Shown here one piece after another: positions 49,243 through 60,285 of a DNA stretch of 64,000 nt. Position 1 is the stretch's first letter, and every line of letters starts with the position of its first letter. Below the pieces are notes generated by a model that was not told where the DNA came from, did no database searches, and saw only the letters and a program-made list of their open reading frames with translations. The translations under genes and the position numbers were made by a program. The stretch is from Bacteroidota bacterium (lineage in GTDB: Bacteria; Bacteroidota; Bacteroidia; UBA8524), in the NCBI GenBank assembly GCA_016124735.1, contig WGMZ01000019.1, forward strand, positions 3,217-67,216. Reading direction: 5' to 3'.

Positions 49243-49860
49243 ATGCATCCCATCAGAAAATTAATTCAGGAAGGAGAGCACGAATCTCTCGATTTTAAAC
49301 AGGAGATATCCAGTGCCAGAAAGATTGCGAAGACCATGGTTTCATTTGCCAACCATAAAGGGGGGAAGCTGTTGGTTGGGGTACGCGACAATGGAGCAAT
49401 TGCAGGCGTAAGATCGGAAGATGAAAAATACATGCTTGAAACAGCGGCGTCATTCTATTGTAGGCCGGAAATACAATTGAGTATTGAAGAGTGGGAACTG
49501 GATGGAAAGACCGTGTTAGAAGTAAATGTTCCCGAAGGAAAAGACAAACCTTATGCGGCAATGGGTGAGGACAATAAATGGTGGGTCTATATCCGGGTAA
49601 AGGACAAATCATTGCTGGCAAGCAAAATTGTGGTGGATGTACTTCGGGCAGGTAAAAAGGAGAACCTGATTCAATTTGGTCACAATGAGAAGAAGTTACT
49701 CGACTATTTGGCTAATAACGACCGCATTACTCTTGCTGTATTTTGTAAAATAGTCAATATATCGCGAAGAAGAGCAAGCAGAATCATTGTGAGTCTGATT
49801 CGTGCCGGGGTCATCCGTTCCCATAATACTGAAAAAACCGAGTATTATACTTTAAGTTAA
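49243..49860 (+). CDS. Schlafen/AlbA_2 domain protein with C-terminal winged-HTH-like region
   Basis: EGEHESLDFK, SFANHKGGKLLVGVRDNG, VPEG..KPY and VYIRV; C-terminal IT..FCKIVNISRRRASRII. Start placed at ATG 49243. Confidence 0.85.
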   Translation: MHPIRKLIQEGEHESLDFKQEISSARKIAKTMVSFANHKGGKLLVGVRDNGAIAGVRSEDEKYMLETAASFYCRPEIQLSIEEWELDGKTVLEVNVPEGKDKPYAAMGEDNKWWVYIRVKDKSLLASKIVVDVLRAGKKENLIQFGHNEKKLLDYLANNDRITLAVFCKIVNISRRRASRIIVSLIRAGVIRSHNTEKTEYYTLS

Positions 49861-49934
49861 TGGTACTCTCAAACAATTTTGAGCTATATCCTTTATCTTT
49901 GATAGTACTCAACTAAGAACGTAAAAGAACTAGA

Positions 49935-50846
49935 ATGAAAAGATTTTTCGTTTTCATCTCGCTCCTATTCCCTGTCGTCGTTTTTTGTCAGCGTAATCAG
50001 CCTAGACTAGAACTTGTTTTTATGGGGGGAGCATCAGCCTACTCTGGGGATGTAGGGGGTGATCAGACAAAATTTTTAAGCGATCATTTGCAAACAATGG
50101 GTCCTGCTGTTGGAGCTGGATTGCGTTTACACATTACTAATTTTTTGGCCATTCGTGGAAACTTCAATTATGCGGTAATTAATGGAGCAGATAGCCTGGC
50201 CAATTCCATTGGCAGGAAAGACCGCAACCTCAGCTTCCGAACACCGATTTATGAGGGGACTCTCCTGATGGAATTCAGTTTGTTTAACTGGGCTCATGTG
50301 CTGGGAGAAAAGGTCAATTCTGTCGGCAAAGGAAACTCAAATCTGTATGTATTCGGAGGGATGAGCTTCTTCAAATTCAACCCGCAAGGGAATTACCAGG
50401 GGCGTTGGTATGATTTGCAGCCTTTGGGTACGGAAGGTCAGGGTGTCAAGCCGGGGGCGGCAAAATATTCCCTGACTTCATCCGCCTTGGTTGTTGGATT
50501 GGGATACAGGGTCCTGTTGGGCGGTCGTTGGTCGCTTGGTATGGAAGCAGGAATGAGAAAGACTAACACGGACTATCTCGATGATGTAAGCAAGTCCTAT
50601 TACGACAATAGTCAAATTATAGCCGCACATGGGCAGGTGGCCGGTGCCCTGGCCAATCGTGCTGTCGATAAGGAAGGAAATGCTGTTGTCATGGCTTCTG
50701 GCGCACAAAGAGGAAGCCCGAAATACAATGATTATTTTGGATTTGCTCAAATTACACTGGCTGTGACTCTTGGCAGCGATGGTAACGGAGCTGGTTATGG
50801 AAGAAAAGGAAAGTACCGGACCAGAAACCGTTGTTTCCAGTTCTGA
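49935..50846 (+). CDS. Outer-membrane beta-barrel protein, DUF6089/PorG-like
   Basis: Signal peptide; G.S.YSGD, RNLSFRT, LQPLGTEGQ and TDYLDDVS; terminal RCFQF; TATCTTTG box at 49894. Confidence 0.72.
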   Translation: MKRFFVFISLLFPVVVFCQRNQPRLELVFMGGASAYSGDVGGDQTKFLSDHLQTMGPAVGAGLRLHITNFLAIRGNFNYAVINGADSLANSIGRKDRNLSFRTPIYEGTLLMEFSLFNWAHVLGEKVNSVGKGNSNLYVFGGMSFFKFNPQGNYQGRWYDLQPLGTEGQGVKPGAAKYSLTSSALVVGLGYRVLLGGRWSLGMEAGMRKTNTDYLDDVSKSYYDNSQIIAAHGQVAGALANRAVDKEGNAVVMASGAQRGSPKYNDYFGFAQITLAVTLGSDGNGAGYGRKGKYRTRNRCFQF

Positions 50847-50876
50847 AAAATCACCCGCTTATTGTACTTTTGCTCC

Positions 50877-51569
50877 ATGAAATTTGGAGTAGTCGTTTTC
50901 CCTGGATCTAATTGCGACAAAGACCTGATCTGGGCTGTCGAAAGAGCTACCGGGTCACCAGCGGTTGAATTGTGGCACAAAGACACGGATTTAAAGGGAT
51001 GTGATTTTATCTTCATTCCCGGTGGATTTTCATACGGGGATTATCTCCGCAGTGGCGCCATCGCCAAATTGTCCCCAATCATGGGAGCAATAAAAGAATT
51101 TGCTGACAAGGGCGGTTATGTTATGGGTATTTGCAATGGCTTCCAGATTTTATGCGAAAGCGGACTGCTGCCCGGAGTTTTGCTTCGCAATAATTCCATG
51201 CAATTCATTTGTGAAAATGTTTACCTGAAAGCAGAGAATAATTGCTTGTTGACGCGTGGATTGAATAAAGAGGAAGCTTTGAAAATTCCAATAGCTCACG
51301 GCGAAGGCAGGTATTTTATTGATGAGGCAGGATTGAATGAGCTGAAACAAAACGACCAGATTCTGTTTCGGTACTCAAATGAAAAAGGAGAAATTTCAGA
51401 GGATTCTAATCCCAACGGCTCGTTAGAAAATATTGCCGGTGTTTGCAATAAATCGAAAAATGTATTCGGTATGATGCCTCATCCGGAACGGGCCGCAGAT
51501 GCGGTTCTTTTCAATGAAGACGGGATGAAAATTATCAAAAGCATACTTCTCGAAGAAGTGAATGCCTGA
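50877..51569 (+). CDS. purQ: Phosphoribosylformylglycinamidine synthase subunit PurQ
   Basis: VFPGSNCD, PGGFSYGDYLR, GICNGFQ, IAHGEG and MMPHPER. Confidence 0.96.
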   Translation: MKFGVVVFPGSNCDKDLIWAVERATGSPAVELWHKDTDLKGCDFIFIPGGFSYGDYLRSGAIAKLSPIMGAIKEFADKGGYVMGICNGFQILCESGLLPGVLLRNNSMQFICENVYLKAENNCLLTRGLNKEEALKIPIAHGEGRYFIDEAGLNELKQNDQILFRYSNEKGEISEDSNPNGSLENIAGVCNKSKNVFGMMPHPERAADAVLFNEDGMKIIKSILLEEVNA

Positions 51570-51656
51570 TAATTTTATTGATCGTTTGTCTTTATTTCAT
51601 TTTTATTCCTTTCTTCCTGCGCAGGATTTTATATTTTCGCTGATTCCTGTAAACGG

Positions 51657-52250
51657 ATGTATACTCATTTTATCGGTAAAGTTACTTCTTTAACACCTAC
51701 CTCGGTGGTCGTAGAATGCCAGGGTGTGGGATATGAATTGCATATCTCCCTTTACACATTTGCTCGGTTGAAAGACAAAGCAGATGCAAAAGTATTTGCT
51801 CATCTGGTAGTGAAGGAAGATGCGCATACCTTGTATGGATTTGGAGATGAATCGGAAAGAAGTTTATTCCGTCAACTTATTTCTGTTCAGGGGATTGGCG
51901 CTTCTACTGCGCGCATGATATTATCGTCTATGCCTCCACAGGAATTAATGCATGCAATAATCCAAAGCAACGTTGCGTTATTGAAAAGCGTCAAAGGAGT
52001 GGGCCCAAAGTCCGCTCAAAGGATTGTTTTGGAGCTGCAGGATAAACTGCAGAAACAAGATATGGAAGCCGGCTATTCCCTGAGCATAGCTTCTGGAAAC
52101 CAAAATAAGAACGAGGCAGTAGATGCACTTGTGATGCTTGGATTTTCGAAATCAGCAGTGGAAAAGGCTGTTTCCAAAGTTCTGGAGACGAATGGAAGTT
52201 CCGACTTCCAAGTTGAAGAAATAATTAAAACTGCTTTAAAATCATTGTAG
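51657..52250 (+). CDS. ruvA: Holliday junction branch migration protein RuvA
   Basis: GVGYE, KEDAHTLYGF, HhH motifs (VQGIG, VKGVG..AQRIVLEL) and EAVDALVMLGF. Confidence 0.96.
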   Translation: MYTHFIGKVTSLTPTSVVVECQGVGYELHISLYTFARLKDKADAKVFAHLVVKEDAHTLYGFGDESERSLFRQLISVQGIGASTARMILSSMPPQELMHAIIQSNVALLKSVKGVGPKSAQRIVLELQDKLQKQDMEAGYSLSIASGNQNKNEAVDALVMLGFSKSAVEKAVSKVLETNGSSDFQVEEIIKTALKSL

Positions 52251-52287
52251 CCTATAGCCCACTCCTACTCGAATAACTAAGTATAAG

Positions 52288-55200
52288 TTGACTATTAAAT
52301 CTCTGTCTGGTCTGTTCGCTACGGTGATACTTTCAGGGCTGTTCTTTGCTCTGGCTGCAACGCCTGAATGGAATTATAGGTACCTTACCTATAATCCGTT
52401 CATGGGTCCGGGTGATAGTACGGAGAAAAAAGACACGCTTAAAAGCGACTCATCTAAACTGATCTATCCTATTCAGGATAATCCCGAGTACGGAAATAAG
52501 CCGGTAAATAATCTGGATTTTGAAGACCCTCAAGTCATCCAGACAGAGACTTATTTCGATACAGCTGACGGCACATACAAAACAAGGAGAATGATCGGTG
52601 ATATGGAATATCGACCAACCACCGTTAAATCGTTCGATGAGTTTTTAAAGGATATTGCCAAAAAAGAGAATCAGAATTATTTCAGACAACGCGCCAATGC
52701 CAACAGTTTTGTGCAGGGTGGAGGATTGATTCCTCCAATTAAGGTTGGTCCTAAAGTATTTGATAAAATTTTCGGGGGTGGTACCATCGATGTGAAACCC
52801 CAAGGTTCTGCGGAACTCACATTTGGATGGAATTACAATGTGGTTCGCAACCCGGCCTTTACTGCGCGCCAGCAACGGAATGGACAATTTGACTTCAAGC
52901 AAAAAATTCAAATAAACCTGAATGGTTCCATTGGTGAGCGGATGAAACTTTCGGCCAATTACGACACGGAAGCGACTTTCGATTTCGAAAACCAGATGAA
53001 ACTCAACTGGGCAGGTAAGGAAGACGATATTATCCAGGGAGTTGAATTGGGTAACGTTGGATTGCCACTGAATTCCAGCCTTATTAACCCTGGAACCTCA
53101 CTGTTCGGTTTGAAAACAAAGCTGCAGTTTGGTAAAGTAAGCGTAACCTCCATTTTCACTCAACAAAGAAGTCAAAGTACCTCTACCTCAGTAACTGGAG
53201 GGGCCCAGATTACCAAATTCAATATTCAGGCAGATAACTACGACGTAAACCGCCACTTTTTCTTATCGCAGTATTTCAAAGACAACTATGATAAATGGAT
53301 GTCGAACCTGCCTGCTATACAATCTCCGGTAATTATTAACCGTGTGGAGGTATGGGTAACAAACCGCGCCAAAGATTACAGCTCTGCCCGCGATGTGATT
53401 GGTTATATGGACATGGGTGAACCTGATCCCTATAACACAACATGGAATGGTACGAAACAAGGACCATGCACTAATTCTGCAAACGAATTGTATGCAAGGG
53501 TATCCTCGGATCCGAATGTGCGTTCTTCATTTACCTCTGTTCAAACCCTGGAAGGCGGAACCTATAACCTGGACAAAATCCAGGATTTCCAATTCCTGCA
53601 AAGCGCACGTCAACTTGGTCCGAGTGAGTTTACCTTCCAGCGGAACCTGGGTTATATTTCCCTGAATACAGCACTGAATAATGATGAAATTCTCTGTGTA
53701 GCTTATGAATATACGGTGAACGGAGCGGTTTATCAGGTAGGGGAATTTGCTGTGGATGTTTCAGACGATCCCGCAGATCCTAAAATTCTGAACCTTAAAA
53801 TGCTCAAAGGAGCTACCATTACTACGGAATTACCTATATGGGATTTGATGATGAAAAACATCTATTCCCTGGGATCATATAATATTCAACAGGATAAATT
53901 TTACCTGGATGTGGTTTATGCGGATGACTTATCAGGCGCAGATTATACCTACCTTCCAGCCAAAGACGAACCGAATATTGGTACCAATGTTTTGATTCAC
54001 ACTTTGCGCCTTGATAATGTCAATGTGCAGGGGGAACCTACTCCGGATGGTGTATTTGACTTTCTTCCGGATAAGACCATTCAAACCAGCAATGGACGAA
54101 TCATCTTCCCGGTGAGAGAACCTTTTGGTTCCTACCTCGATACTTTATTGACCCAGCAAGAAAACAAGGACCATTACGTCTACCAGGAGTTGTACGATTC
54201 GACGAAATGGCTGGCGAAACAGGTCGTTCTCAAAGATAAATTCTTCCTGCGGGGAAGCTTCCAAAGTGCGTCGAATAATGAGATTTCCCTGAATGCCTTT
54301 AACGTGCCCCAAGGTTCGGTGAAGGTTACAGCAAACGGAACACAACTCACCGAAGGAGTAGATTTCATCGTGGATTATACGCTGGGTAAGGTGACAATCC
54401 TGAATACGCAGCTGCTGAATTCCGGGGCTGTAATCAATGTGACCTCGGAAAACAACAGCTTGTTTAATGTTCAGCAAAAAACGGTGGTTGGTACCCGGGT
54501 TGATTACAAAGTCAATAAAGACCTGATTTTGGGTGGAACAGTCATGCACCTGTGGGAACGTCCGCTTACTCCTAAAGTAAATATTGGAGATGAGCCTCTC
54601 CTGAATACTATTGTTGGTCTGGATGGTAGCTACAAAACAGAAGCGCCCTGGTTGACCAAGATGATTGACATGCTTCCTCTGATTGAAACCAAGGAAATAT
54701 CAACCATCACCGTATCGGGGGAATATGCACAGCTCTTTCCGCAACAGCCGAAAACCATTGGTGCAAGAGGAACATCCTATATAGATGATTTTGAAGGCGC
54801 AGAAACGCCATTCGACATGCGTCTTGGGAATAATTGGTTTGTGGCGGCAACGCCGGAAGGTCAGCCTGATGTGTTCCAGGATGGCAGCGAATATGGAATC
54901 AGATCTGGAAATCACCGGGCAAAGCTGGCCTGGTACACCATCGATCCGATTTTCCAAAGAAATCAAGTCAATACCCAGCCTTCCACTCCTCCTCATCTTC
55001 GAAACAATACGGCGTCAACATCCAATCACTACACGCGGATTATTCAGGTTCAGGAAGTTTTCCCCAACAAGCAGTTGCAAAATATGGCCCCGAAAAACCT
55101 GCCCACGCTTGATTTGGCTTACTATCCAAACGAAAGGGGACCGTATAATTATGTGACTACCGGATTGAATAAGGATGGAACATTTGTGGATCCAAAATCC

Positions 55201-58200
55201 AATTGGGGTGGTATACAACGTAGAATAGAAACTAATGACTTTCAGGCGGCCAATATCGATTACATGGAAATGTGGTTCATGTCGCCATGGATGTACAATC
55301 CGAATATTAAAGGAACGATGTACATCAACCTGGGGCAGATTTCAGAAGATGTTTTGAAAGACCGTTCCAAGTCGTTTGAGAATGGATTGCCTACAGATCC
55401 TACAAAAACAAATCAGACAAGAGAGACCGATGTGGCACGCGTTCCTACCGGTCGCACCCTGAATAATGCATTTGTCAATGAACAAGGTGCACGGGATAAA
55501 CAAGATTTGGGACTGGATGGATTGAACGATGCCGATGAAAGAACGTTCTTTGATTCCGCTTATCTCAGTCAATTACAAAATTATCTGAATCCGGATGCCT
55601 TCCAGAAAATCCAGGATGATCCAAGTAGCGATAACTACAAATACCATTCATCTTCTCAATACGATGATGCCAAAACTCCTGTTCTGGAGCGCTACAAACA
55701 TTATAACGGACAGCAGGGTAATTCGCCGCTGGCAACTTACCAGCCCGATGGATATCCGGTTGGAAAAACAAATATTCCGGATGATGAGGATATCAATCAG
55801 GACTTCTCTCTGAATACTATCGAGGAATATTATCAATACAAGATTGAGATTGATCCCAATAAACTGGTTATCGGTCAAAACTTCGTTGCGGATATTCAAA
55901 AATCAGCGGTGAAACTGGATGACGGTACCCAACCGGATGTTTATTGGTATCTGCTTCGTATTCCAATCAGTGCGTGGGATAAAAAGGTCGGGAATATTCA
56001 GGATTTTAAATCGATTCGCTTTATGCGTCTGATGCTTACGGGTTTTGATACCTCTGTAGTCATTCGTTTCGGGCAGTTTCAACTGGTTCGGGCAGAATGG
56101 AGACGCTATCTGAAATCGCTCGATCAGGCAATAGATGCCACGCCTACCACCCCGGTGACCTCAACAACCTTTTCGACAGGAACGGTAAATATTGAAGAAA
56201 ATGGTTTCCGGAATCCGGTAAGCTATGTGGTTCCGCCAGGTTTCTATCGTGTAATTGACCCGACGACACCAGGTAACGTTCAACAGAATGAGCAATCAAT
56301 TCAGTTGAAGGTTTGCGATTTGAAGGATGGAGATGGGCGTGGTGCATTTAAAACCACACAGCTGGATATTCGGAATTATAAGAAATTGGAGGCTTTCGTG
56401 CACCTGGAGGCAGCAGGAAGCTCACCGACACTGAAAGACAAAGACCTTTACGCTTTTGTACGCTTTGGCACAGACCTGGAAAATAATTACTATGAATATG
56501 CGGTGCCATTGACCGTAACCAAACCTCACGAACGTGACCCGAACAAAATTTGGCCGGCAGAAAACCAGTTGAACGTAACCTTACAGGATTTGTATGAGGC
56601 AAAACAAACACGCCTGGAAGGAAATTATGCGCTTACTCAGGAGTATATTAAATATTTACCAAACGGTGCGGTGATTCGACTCAAGGGATTACCGGATGTC
56701 AGCAATGTGCGAGTCATAATGCTGGGTGTAAGAAATCCATTGAAAAATGGAAATCCAAACGACGATGGATTACCAAAATGTGCGGAACTGTGGTTTGATG
56801 AACTTCGAATGACAGAGTTTGTGAATACAGGTGGTTGGGCTGCCAACGGTCGGATGGTAATGAAATTGGCCGATCTGGGGAATGTCACCGCTTCTGTAAA
56901 CTATCAGAGTATTGGTTTTGGTGGTCTGGACAAGAAACTGAATGACCGGAATCTGAATGAAACATTCATGTATGATGTTTCGGGAAGTCTGGAACTTGGA
57001 AAGCTCTTCCCGGCGAAATCGGCTATTTCTTTCCCGATGTATGTGGGTAGAAGTGAAACACGTATTACACCGAAATTTAACCCACTGAACCCTGACATCC
57101 TGCTGACCACTGCATTAAACAATGAACACGATCCGGTTAAGCAGGCTGCATTACGACAGGCGGCAATTGACCGTACCGTCCGACGAAGCATAAATTTCAC
57201 CAATATTCGAAAGAATAGAACGGGATCGGGAAAATCCCATATCTGGGATATTGAGAACTTCAATGTTTCCTATTCCTACACAGAAATAAATCATACCAAC
57301 CAGCAGATCAGGGAAAACTTACAAAAGACCTACAAGGGGAGTCTTGGATACAATTTTTCGAGTCCGGCCCCCAAAATAAAGCCATTTAAAAAGTTGGGTA
57401 AATCGCCCTGGCTGGCCCTGATCCGCGAATTCACCTTCTCACCCTATCCGAGCTCGCTCGGGTTCCGAACCGATATAGACCGCTACTACTCGCGACTGAT
57501 TAATCGAAACAACGATAACCCGAATACAATCGTTCCGCAGTTATATAACAAGAACTTTACAATGACTCGTTATTATAACATGCACTGGGATCTCACCGGA
57601 CAGCTGACTCTGGACTACAATGCAACGAATAAGGCCAGGATTGATGAACCGGTAGGTAAAGTAAGCCGTCTGGAAAACCCGGATAGCTTTCAGGTAATTG
57701 TAAATAACTTTAAAAACCTCGGTCGAAACACGAATTTCAACCAACAGTTGACACTGAACTATACCGTGCCATTGAACAAAATACCCATTTTGAACTGGAT
57801 CAATATCAGCACCAGTTATCAGACCAACTTCGAATGGAAAACAGCTCCTCCTGCAACGAAAAATTTGGGTAACGATATGCAGAATTCGCAGGTTTATTCT
57901 GTGAATGGACAGTTCAATATGATGACACTGTACAATAAGTTCCCGTATCTGAGAGACGTGAACCGAGGCAAGCGTACCAAGAAAAAGAAATCGGGGAATC
58001 CTCCCGAAGGAGAGGATCCGAAGAAAAAGCCGAAAGATGATGAGATGACGGGTGCAGGGCCATTCTTTGCCCGCTTGCTGATGAGTGTGAAGAATGTGCA
58101 ATTCAATTATTCTCAGACAAACGGAATCTTCCTTCCCGGCTTCATGAATAAGACCCAGTATATCGGGAATAATTTCGACGTTAATGCTCCTGGTTTGCCA

Positions 58201-59397
58201 TTTGTCTTTGGTAGTCAGGATCCGAATATTCGCTTTGATTTGGCAAATAAGGGAGTTATGTCTACTGACCCGAATATTTTTAGTCGATTTAGTCAGAATT
58301 CAAGCAAGACATTCGCGCCAAAGGCTACTTTGGAACCAATCCGGGATCTACGAATAGACCTTTCTGCAAATAAGAATACCATTTACAGCTTATCATCTAC
58401 CTTCAAAGCAGATTCCACTGGAGCATTCCTTGATTTTGGATTGCAGGAAGCGGGAAGTGAAGTGATAACCATCAATACACTGAAAACGGCTTTTGATAAA
58501 GTTGACAAGCAAGGGCGTTCTACGACATTCCTGAAATTCCAAAATAATCGGTACACGATGTCGAAGCGAATTGCATTAGAGGAAGGAGCCAATCCAAATA
58601 TTCTTGATCCGGATGGTTATGTATTGGGATATGGTAAAAAGGCGCAAAACGTCATGATTACTGCATTCCTTGCGGCATATACTGGCACAGATCCGAATTC
58701 CCAAAAGCTGAGTGCATTTCCTCGCTTGCCGTTCCCTGGTTGGAACATAACCTACAGCGGATTGAATCGAAATAAACAATTGGCCAAGATATTTACGAAT
58801 ATCACTTTCCGTCACTCATACAGCTCAACTTATTCCGTGCAAAACTATACCAGCTCCTTGCAGGCTGGAAGCTTGAACAGTGCAGGCAATTATTTGCCGC
58901 ATTATGTGATTCAGAGCATTACAATATCCGAGAGCCTGAAACCATTCCTGAGTATCGATGTAACCATGAAAAATGGATTGATGGGTCGTCTGGAATACGA
59001 CAGAACACGAACAGTATCTTTGAATTTGCCAAGTCCAAGGGTTACGGAAAACCGTACCACTCAATTCGTAATAGGTGTGGGTTATAAAGCAACCGGAATC
59101 CGACTGCCCTTCAAGATTAACAGGAAAAGGCCATACCTGAAAAACGATTTGAATATCCGTTTTGACTTCACAATTCAGGACAGCAAAAATGCAGTTTCGG
59201 AAGTAGATGTTGTGACGACAATTCCTGCGCAGGGTAACAGAATTGTGACGATAAAACCGACCATCGATTATAAGATCTCAGACAAACTAAACCTGCGTCT
59301 GTTCTATAACAGGAGAGCAACACAACCTGTAGTGGCTAGTTCATTCCCAACGGCAATAACGCAAGGTGGTATCACGCTGCGTTATACCATTCAGTAA
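52288..59397 (+). CDS. sprA: T9SS outer-membrane translocon SprA/Sov
   Basis: 2369 aa; KIFGG.TIDVKPQGSAE, YDTEATFDFEN, WDLMMKNIY, YIDDFEG and WFDELR; follows ruvA as is usual in Bacteroidota. Confidence 0.95.
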   Translation: MTIKSLSGLFATVILSGLFFALAATPEWNYRYLTYNPFMGPGDSTEKKDTLKSDSSKLIYPIQDNPEYGNKPVNNLDFEDPQVIQTETYFDTADGTYKTRRMIGDMEYRPTTVKSFDEFLKDIAKKENQNYFRQRANANSFVQGGGLIPPIKVGPKVFDKIFGGGTIDVKPQGSAELTFGWNYNVVRNPAFTARQQRNGQFDFKQKIQINLNGSIGERMKLSANYDTEATFDFENQMKLNWAGKEDDIIQGVELGNVGLPLNSSLINPGTSLFGLKTKLQFGKVSVTSIFTQQRSQSTSTSVTGGAQITKFNIQADNYDVNRHFFLSQYFKDNYDKWMSNLPAIQSPVIINRVEVWVTNRAKDYSSARDVIGYMDMGEPDPYNTTWNGTKQGPCTNSANELYARVSSDPNVRSSFTSVQTLEGGTYNLDKIQDFQFLQSARQLGPSEFTFQRNLGYISLNTALNNDEILCVAYEYTVNGAVYQVGEFAVDVSDDPADPKILNLKMLKGATITTELPIWDLMMKNIYSLGSYNIQQDKFYLDVVYADDLSGADYTYLPAKDEPNIGTNVLIHTLRLDNVNVQGEPTPDGVFDFLPDKTIQTSNGRIIFPVREPFGSYLDTLLTQQENKDHYVYQELYDSTKWLAKQVVLKDKFFLRGSFQSASNNEISLNAFNVPQGSVKVTANGTQLTEGVDFIVDYTLGKVTILNTQLLNSGAVINVTSENNSLFNVQQKTVVGTRVDYKVNKDLILGGTVMHLWERPLTPKVNIGDEPLLNTIVGLDGSYKTEAPWLTKMIDMLPLIETKEISTITVSGEYAQLFPQQPKTIGARGTSYIDDFEGAETPFDMRLGNNWFVAATPEGQPDVFQDGSEYGIRSGNHRAKLAWYTIDPIFQRNQVNTQPSTPPHLRNNTASTSNHYTRIIQVQEVFPNKQLQNMAPKNLPTLDLAYYPNERGPYNYVTTGLNKDGTFVDPKSNWGGIQRRIETNDFQAANIDYMEMWFMSPWMYNPNIKGTMYINLGQISEDVLKDRSKSFENGLPTDPTKTNQTRETDVARVPTGRTLNNAFVNEQGARDKQDLGLDGLNDADERTFFDSAYLSQLQNYLNPDAFQKIQDDPSSDNYKYHSSSQYDDAKTPVLERYKHYNGQQGNSPLATYQPDGYPVGKTNIPDDEDINQDFSLNTIEEYYQYKIEIDPNKLVIGQNFVADIQKSAVKLDDGTQPDVYWYLLRIPISAWDKKVGNIQDFKSIRFMRLMLTGFDTSVVIRFGQFQLVRAEWRRYLKSLDQAIDATPTTPVTSTTFSTGTVNIEENGFRNPVSYVVPPGFYRVIDPTTPGNVQQNEQSIQLKVCDLKDGDGRGAFKTTQLDIRNYKKLEAFVHLEAAGSSPTLKDKDLYAFVRFGTDLENNYYEYAVPLTVTKPHERDPNKIWPAENQLNVTLQDLYEAKQTRLEGNYALTQEYIKYLPNGAVIRLKGLPDVSNVRVIMLGVRNPLKNGNPNDDGLPKCAELWFDELRMTEFVNTGGWAANGRMVMKLADLGNVTASVNYQSIGFGGLDKKLNDRNLNETFMYDVSGSLELGKLFPAKSAISFPMYVGRSETRITPKFNPLNPDILLTTALNNEHDPVKQAALRQAAIDRTVRRSINFTNIRKNRTGSGKSHIWDIENFNVSYSYTEINHTNQQIRENLQKTYKGSLGYNFSSPAPKIKPFKKLGKSPWLALIREFTFSPYPSSLGFRTDIDRYYSRLINRNNDNPNTIVPQLYNKNFTMTRYYNMHWDLTGQLTLDYNATNKARIDEPVGKVSRLENPDSFQVIVNNFKNLGRNTNFNQQLTLNYTVPLNKIPILNWINISTSYQTNFEWKTAPPATKNLGNDMQNSQVYSVNGQFNMMTLYNKFPYLRDVNRGKRTKKKKSGNPPEGEDPKKKPKDDEMTGAGPFFARLLMSVKNVQFNYSQTNGIFLPGFMNKTQYIGNNFDVNAPGLPFVFGSQDPNIRFDLANKGVMSTDPNIFSRFSQNSSKTFAPKATLEPIRDLRIDLSANKNTIYSLSSTFKADSTGAFLDFGLQEAGSEVITINTLKTAFDKVDKQGRSTTFLKFQNNRYTMSKRIALEEGANPNILDPDGYVLGYGKKAQNVMITAFLAAYTGTDPNSQKLSAFPRLPFPGWNITYSGLNRNKQLAKIFTNITFRHSYSSTYSVQNYTSSLQAGSLNSAGNYLPHYVIQSITISESLKPFLSIDVTMKNGLMGRLEYDRTRTVSLNLPSPRVTENRTTQFVIGVGYKATGIRLPFKINRKRPYLKNDLNIRFDFTIQDSKNAVSEVDVVTTIPAQGNRIVTIKPTIDYKISDKLNLRLFYNRRATQPVVASSFPTAITQGGITLRYTIQ

Positions 59398-59402
59398 TAG
59401 AC

Positions 59403-60212
59403 TTAATCGGCCTTATTCAAACTGTATTTAAGGTTGCTGGCACTCATGATATCTACCTTTACTGAGCCGACAAGAAGTCCGGCTTTCACGCGAAGGGGAA
59501 CCTTATTCTCATCATCGCTTACCCAAAGTTCCAATCCCTCCTGATCTTTAAAAACCCGGTCGGCAATTACCATGGGAATTACTTTTACTGCATTTATTTT
59601 TCCCAGGTCGGTCTTGATGACTTCCCGTTTCACAAATTTGATTTGCAGGTCGTGTACTTCTCCGTCGAGGTAAACTTGTAATGGAAAAACATCTCCTTTT
59701 TTGGCATCTTTTACATTGAGGGTTCTGGCGTAATAGATGGATGAAATAATGTCTTGCACTTCGCCGGAAAATGCCACACTGCCTTTGCGGGCGCTGTTTA
59801 CCTTTTTCTTTTTGTAATCGAAAATGGCAAAGTCGCTGTCTTTGTAAGAGCCTTCCTCCATAATTTTGGAGAATTGAATTGGCTGGCAGGAAGCAGTGTC
59901 AATATACGTTTGGTAATGATCCCGAACTTTATAGAACCAGTCAAATCCTGAATAGGACCTTCCTTTTGCGTGTACATGAAATACCGCTCTGTTGTTAATG
60001 GTCTTTAGCTCATCTTCAACGCTCATTTCAATCTCTCCGGCATCCAGCAGTCCATAGTGAACCCGATAATAAAGCGTTTCTCCCTTGGTCCATGCATCGT
60101 TTTCCCGAATATGAAAAAGAGTGTCTGTACCCGCGGCCGTTTGTTGGGGTATTTCTTTAAGCAGAGGACTGCCGGCCATAAGAGCCGATATAAGTGGAAG
60201 GAATAGTTTCAT
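59403..60212 (-). CDS. DUF3108-like exported protein
   Basis: GE.L.YRVHYG, FYKVRD.Y, QDIISSIYYAR and LWVSDDENKVP...VGSVK. Confidence 0.8.
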   Translation of the reverse strand: MKLFLPLISALMAGSPLLKEIPQQTAAGTDTLFHIRENDAWTKGETLYYRVHYGLLDAGEIEMSVEDELKTINNRAVFHVHAKGRSYSGFDWFYKVRDHYQTYIDTASCQPIQFSKIMEEGSYKDSDFAIFDYKKKKVNSARKGSVAFSGEVQDIISSIYYARTLNVKDAKKGDVFPLQVYLDGEVHDLQIKFVKREVIKTDLGKINAVKVIPMVIADRVFKDQEGLELWVSDDENKVPLRVKAGLLVGSVKVDIMSASNLKYSLNKAD

Positions 60213-60237
60213 GGCTCATCGTATTTGAAGAGTAAAA

Positions 60238-60254
60238 TTCAAAAGATGTTCCAA
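60238..60254 (-). promoter_or_regulatory. Possible sigma-54-like (-24/-12) site upstream of the DUF3108 gene
   Basis: Minus strand reads TTGGAACATCTTTTGAA, similar to TGGCAC-N5-TTGC but with mismatches at conserved positions. Confidence 0.3.
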
Positions 60255-60285
60255 ACTAAATAACAAGAGCGAAAATTGGCTTAGC

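Noticed and set aside
51657..59397. ruvA-sprA adjacency as a novel functional link
   Set aside because: Commonly seen gene order in Bacteroidota; nothing new is visible here.
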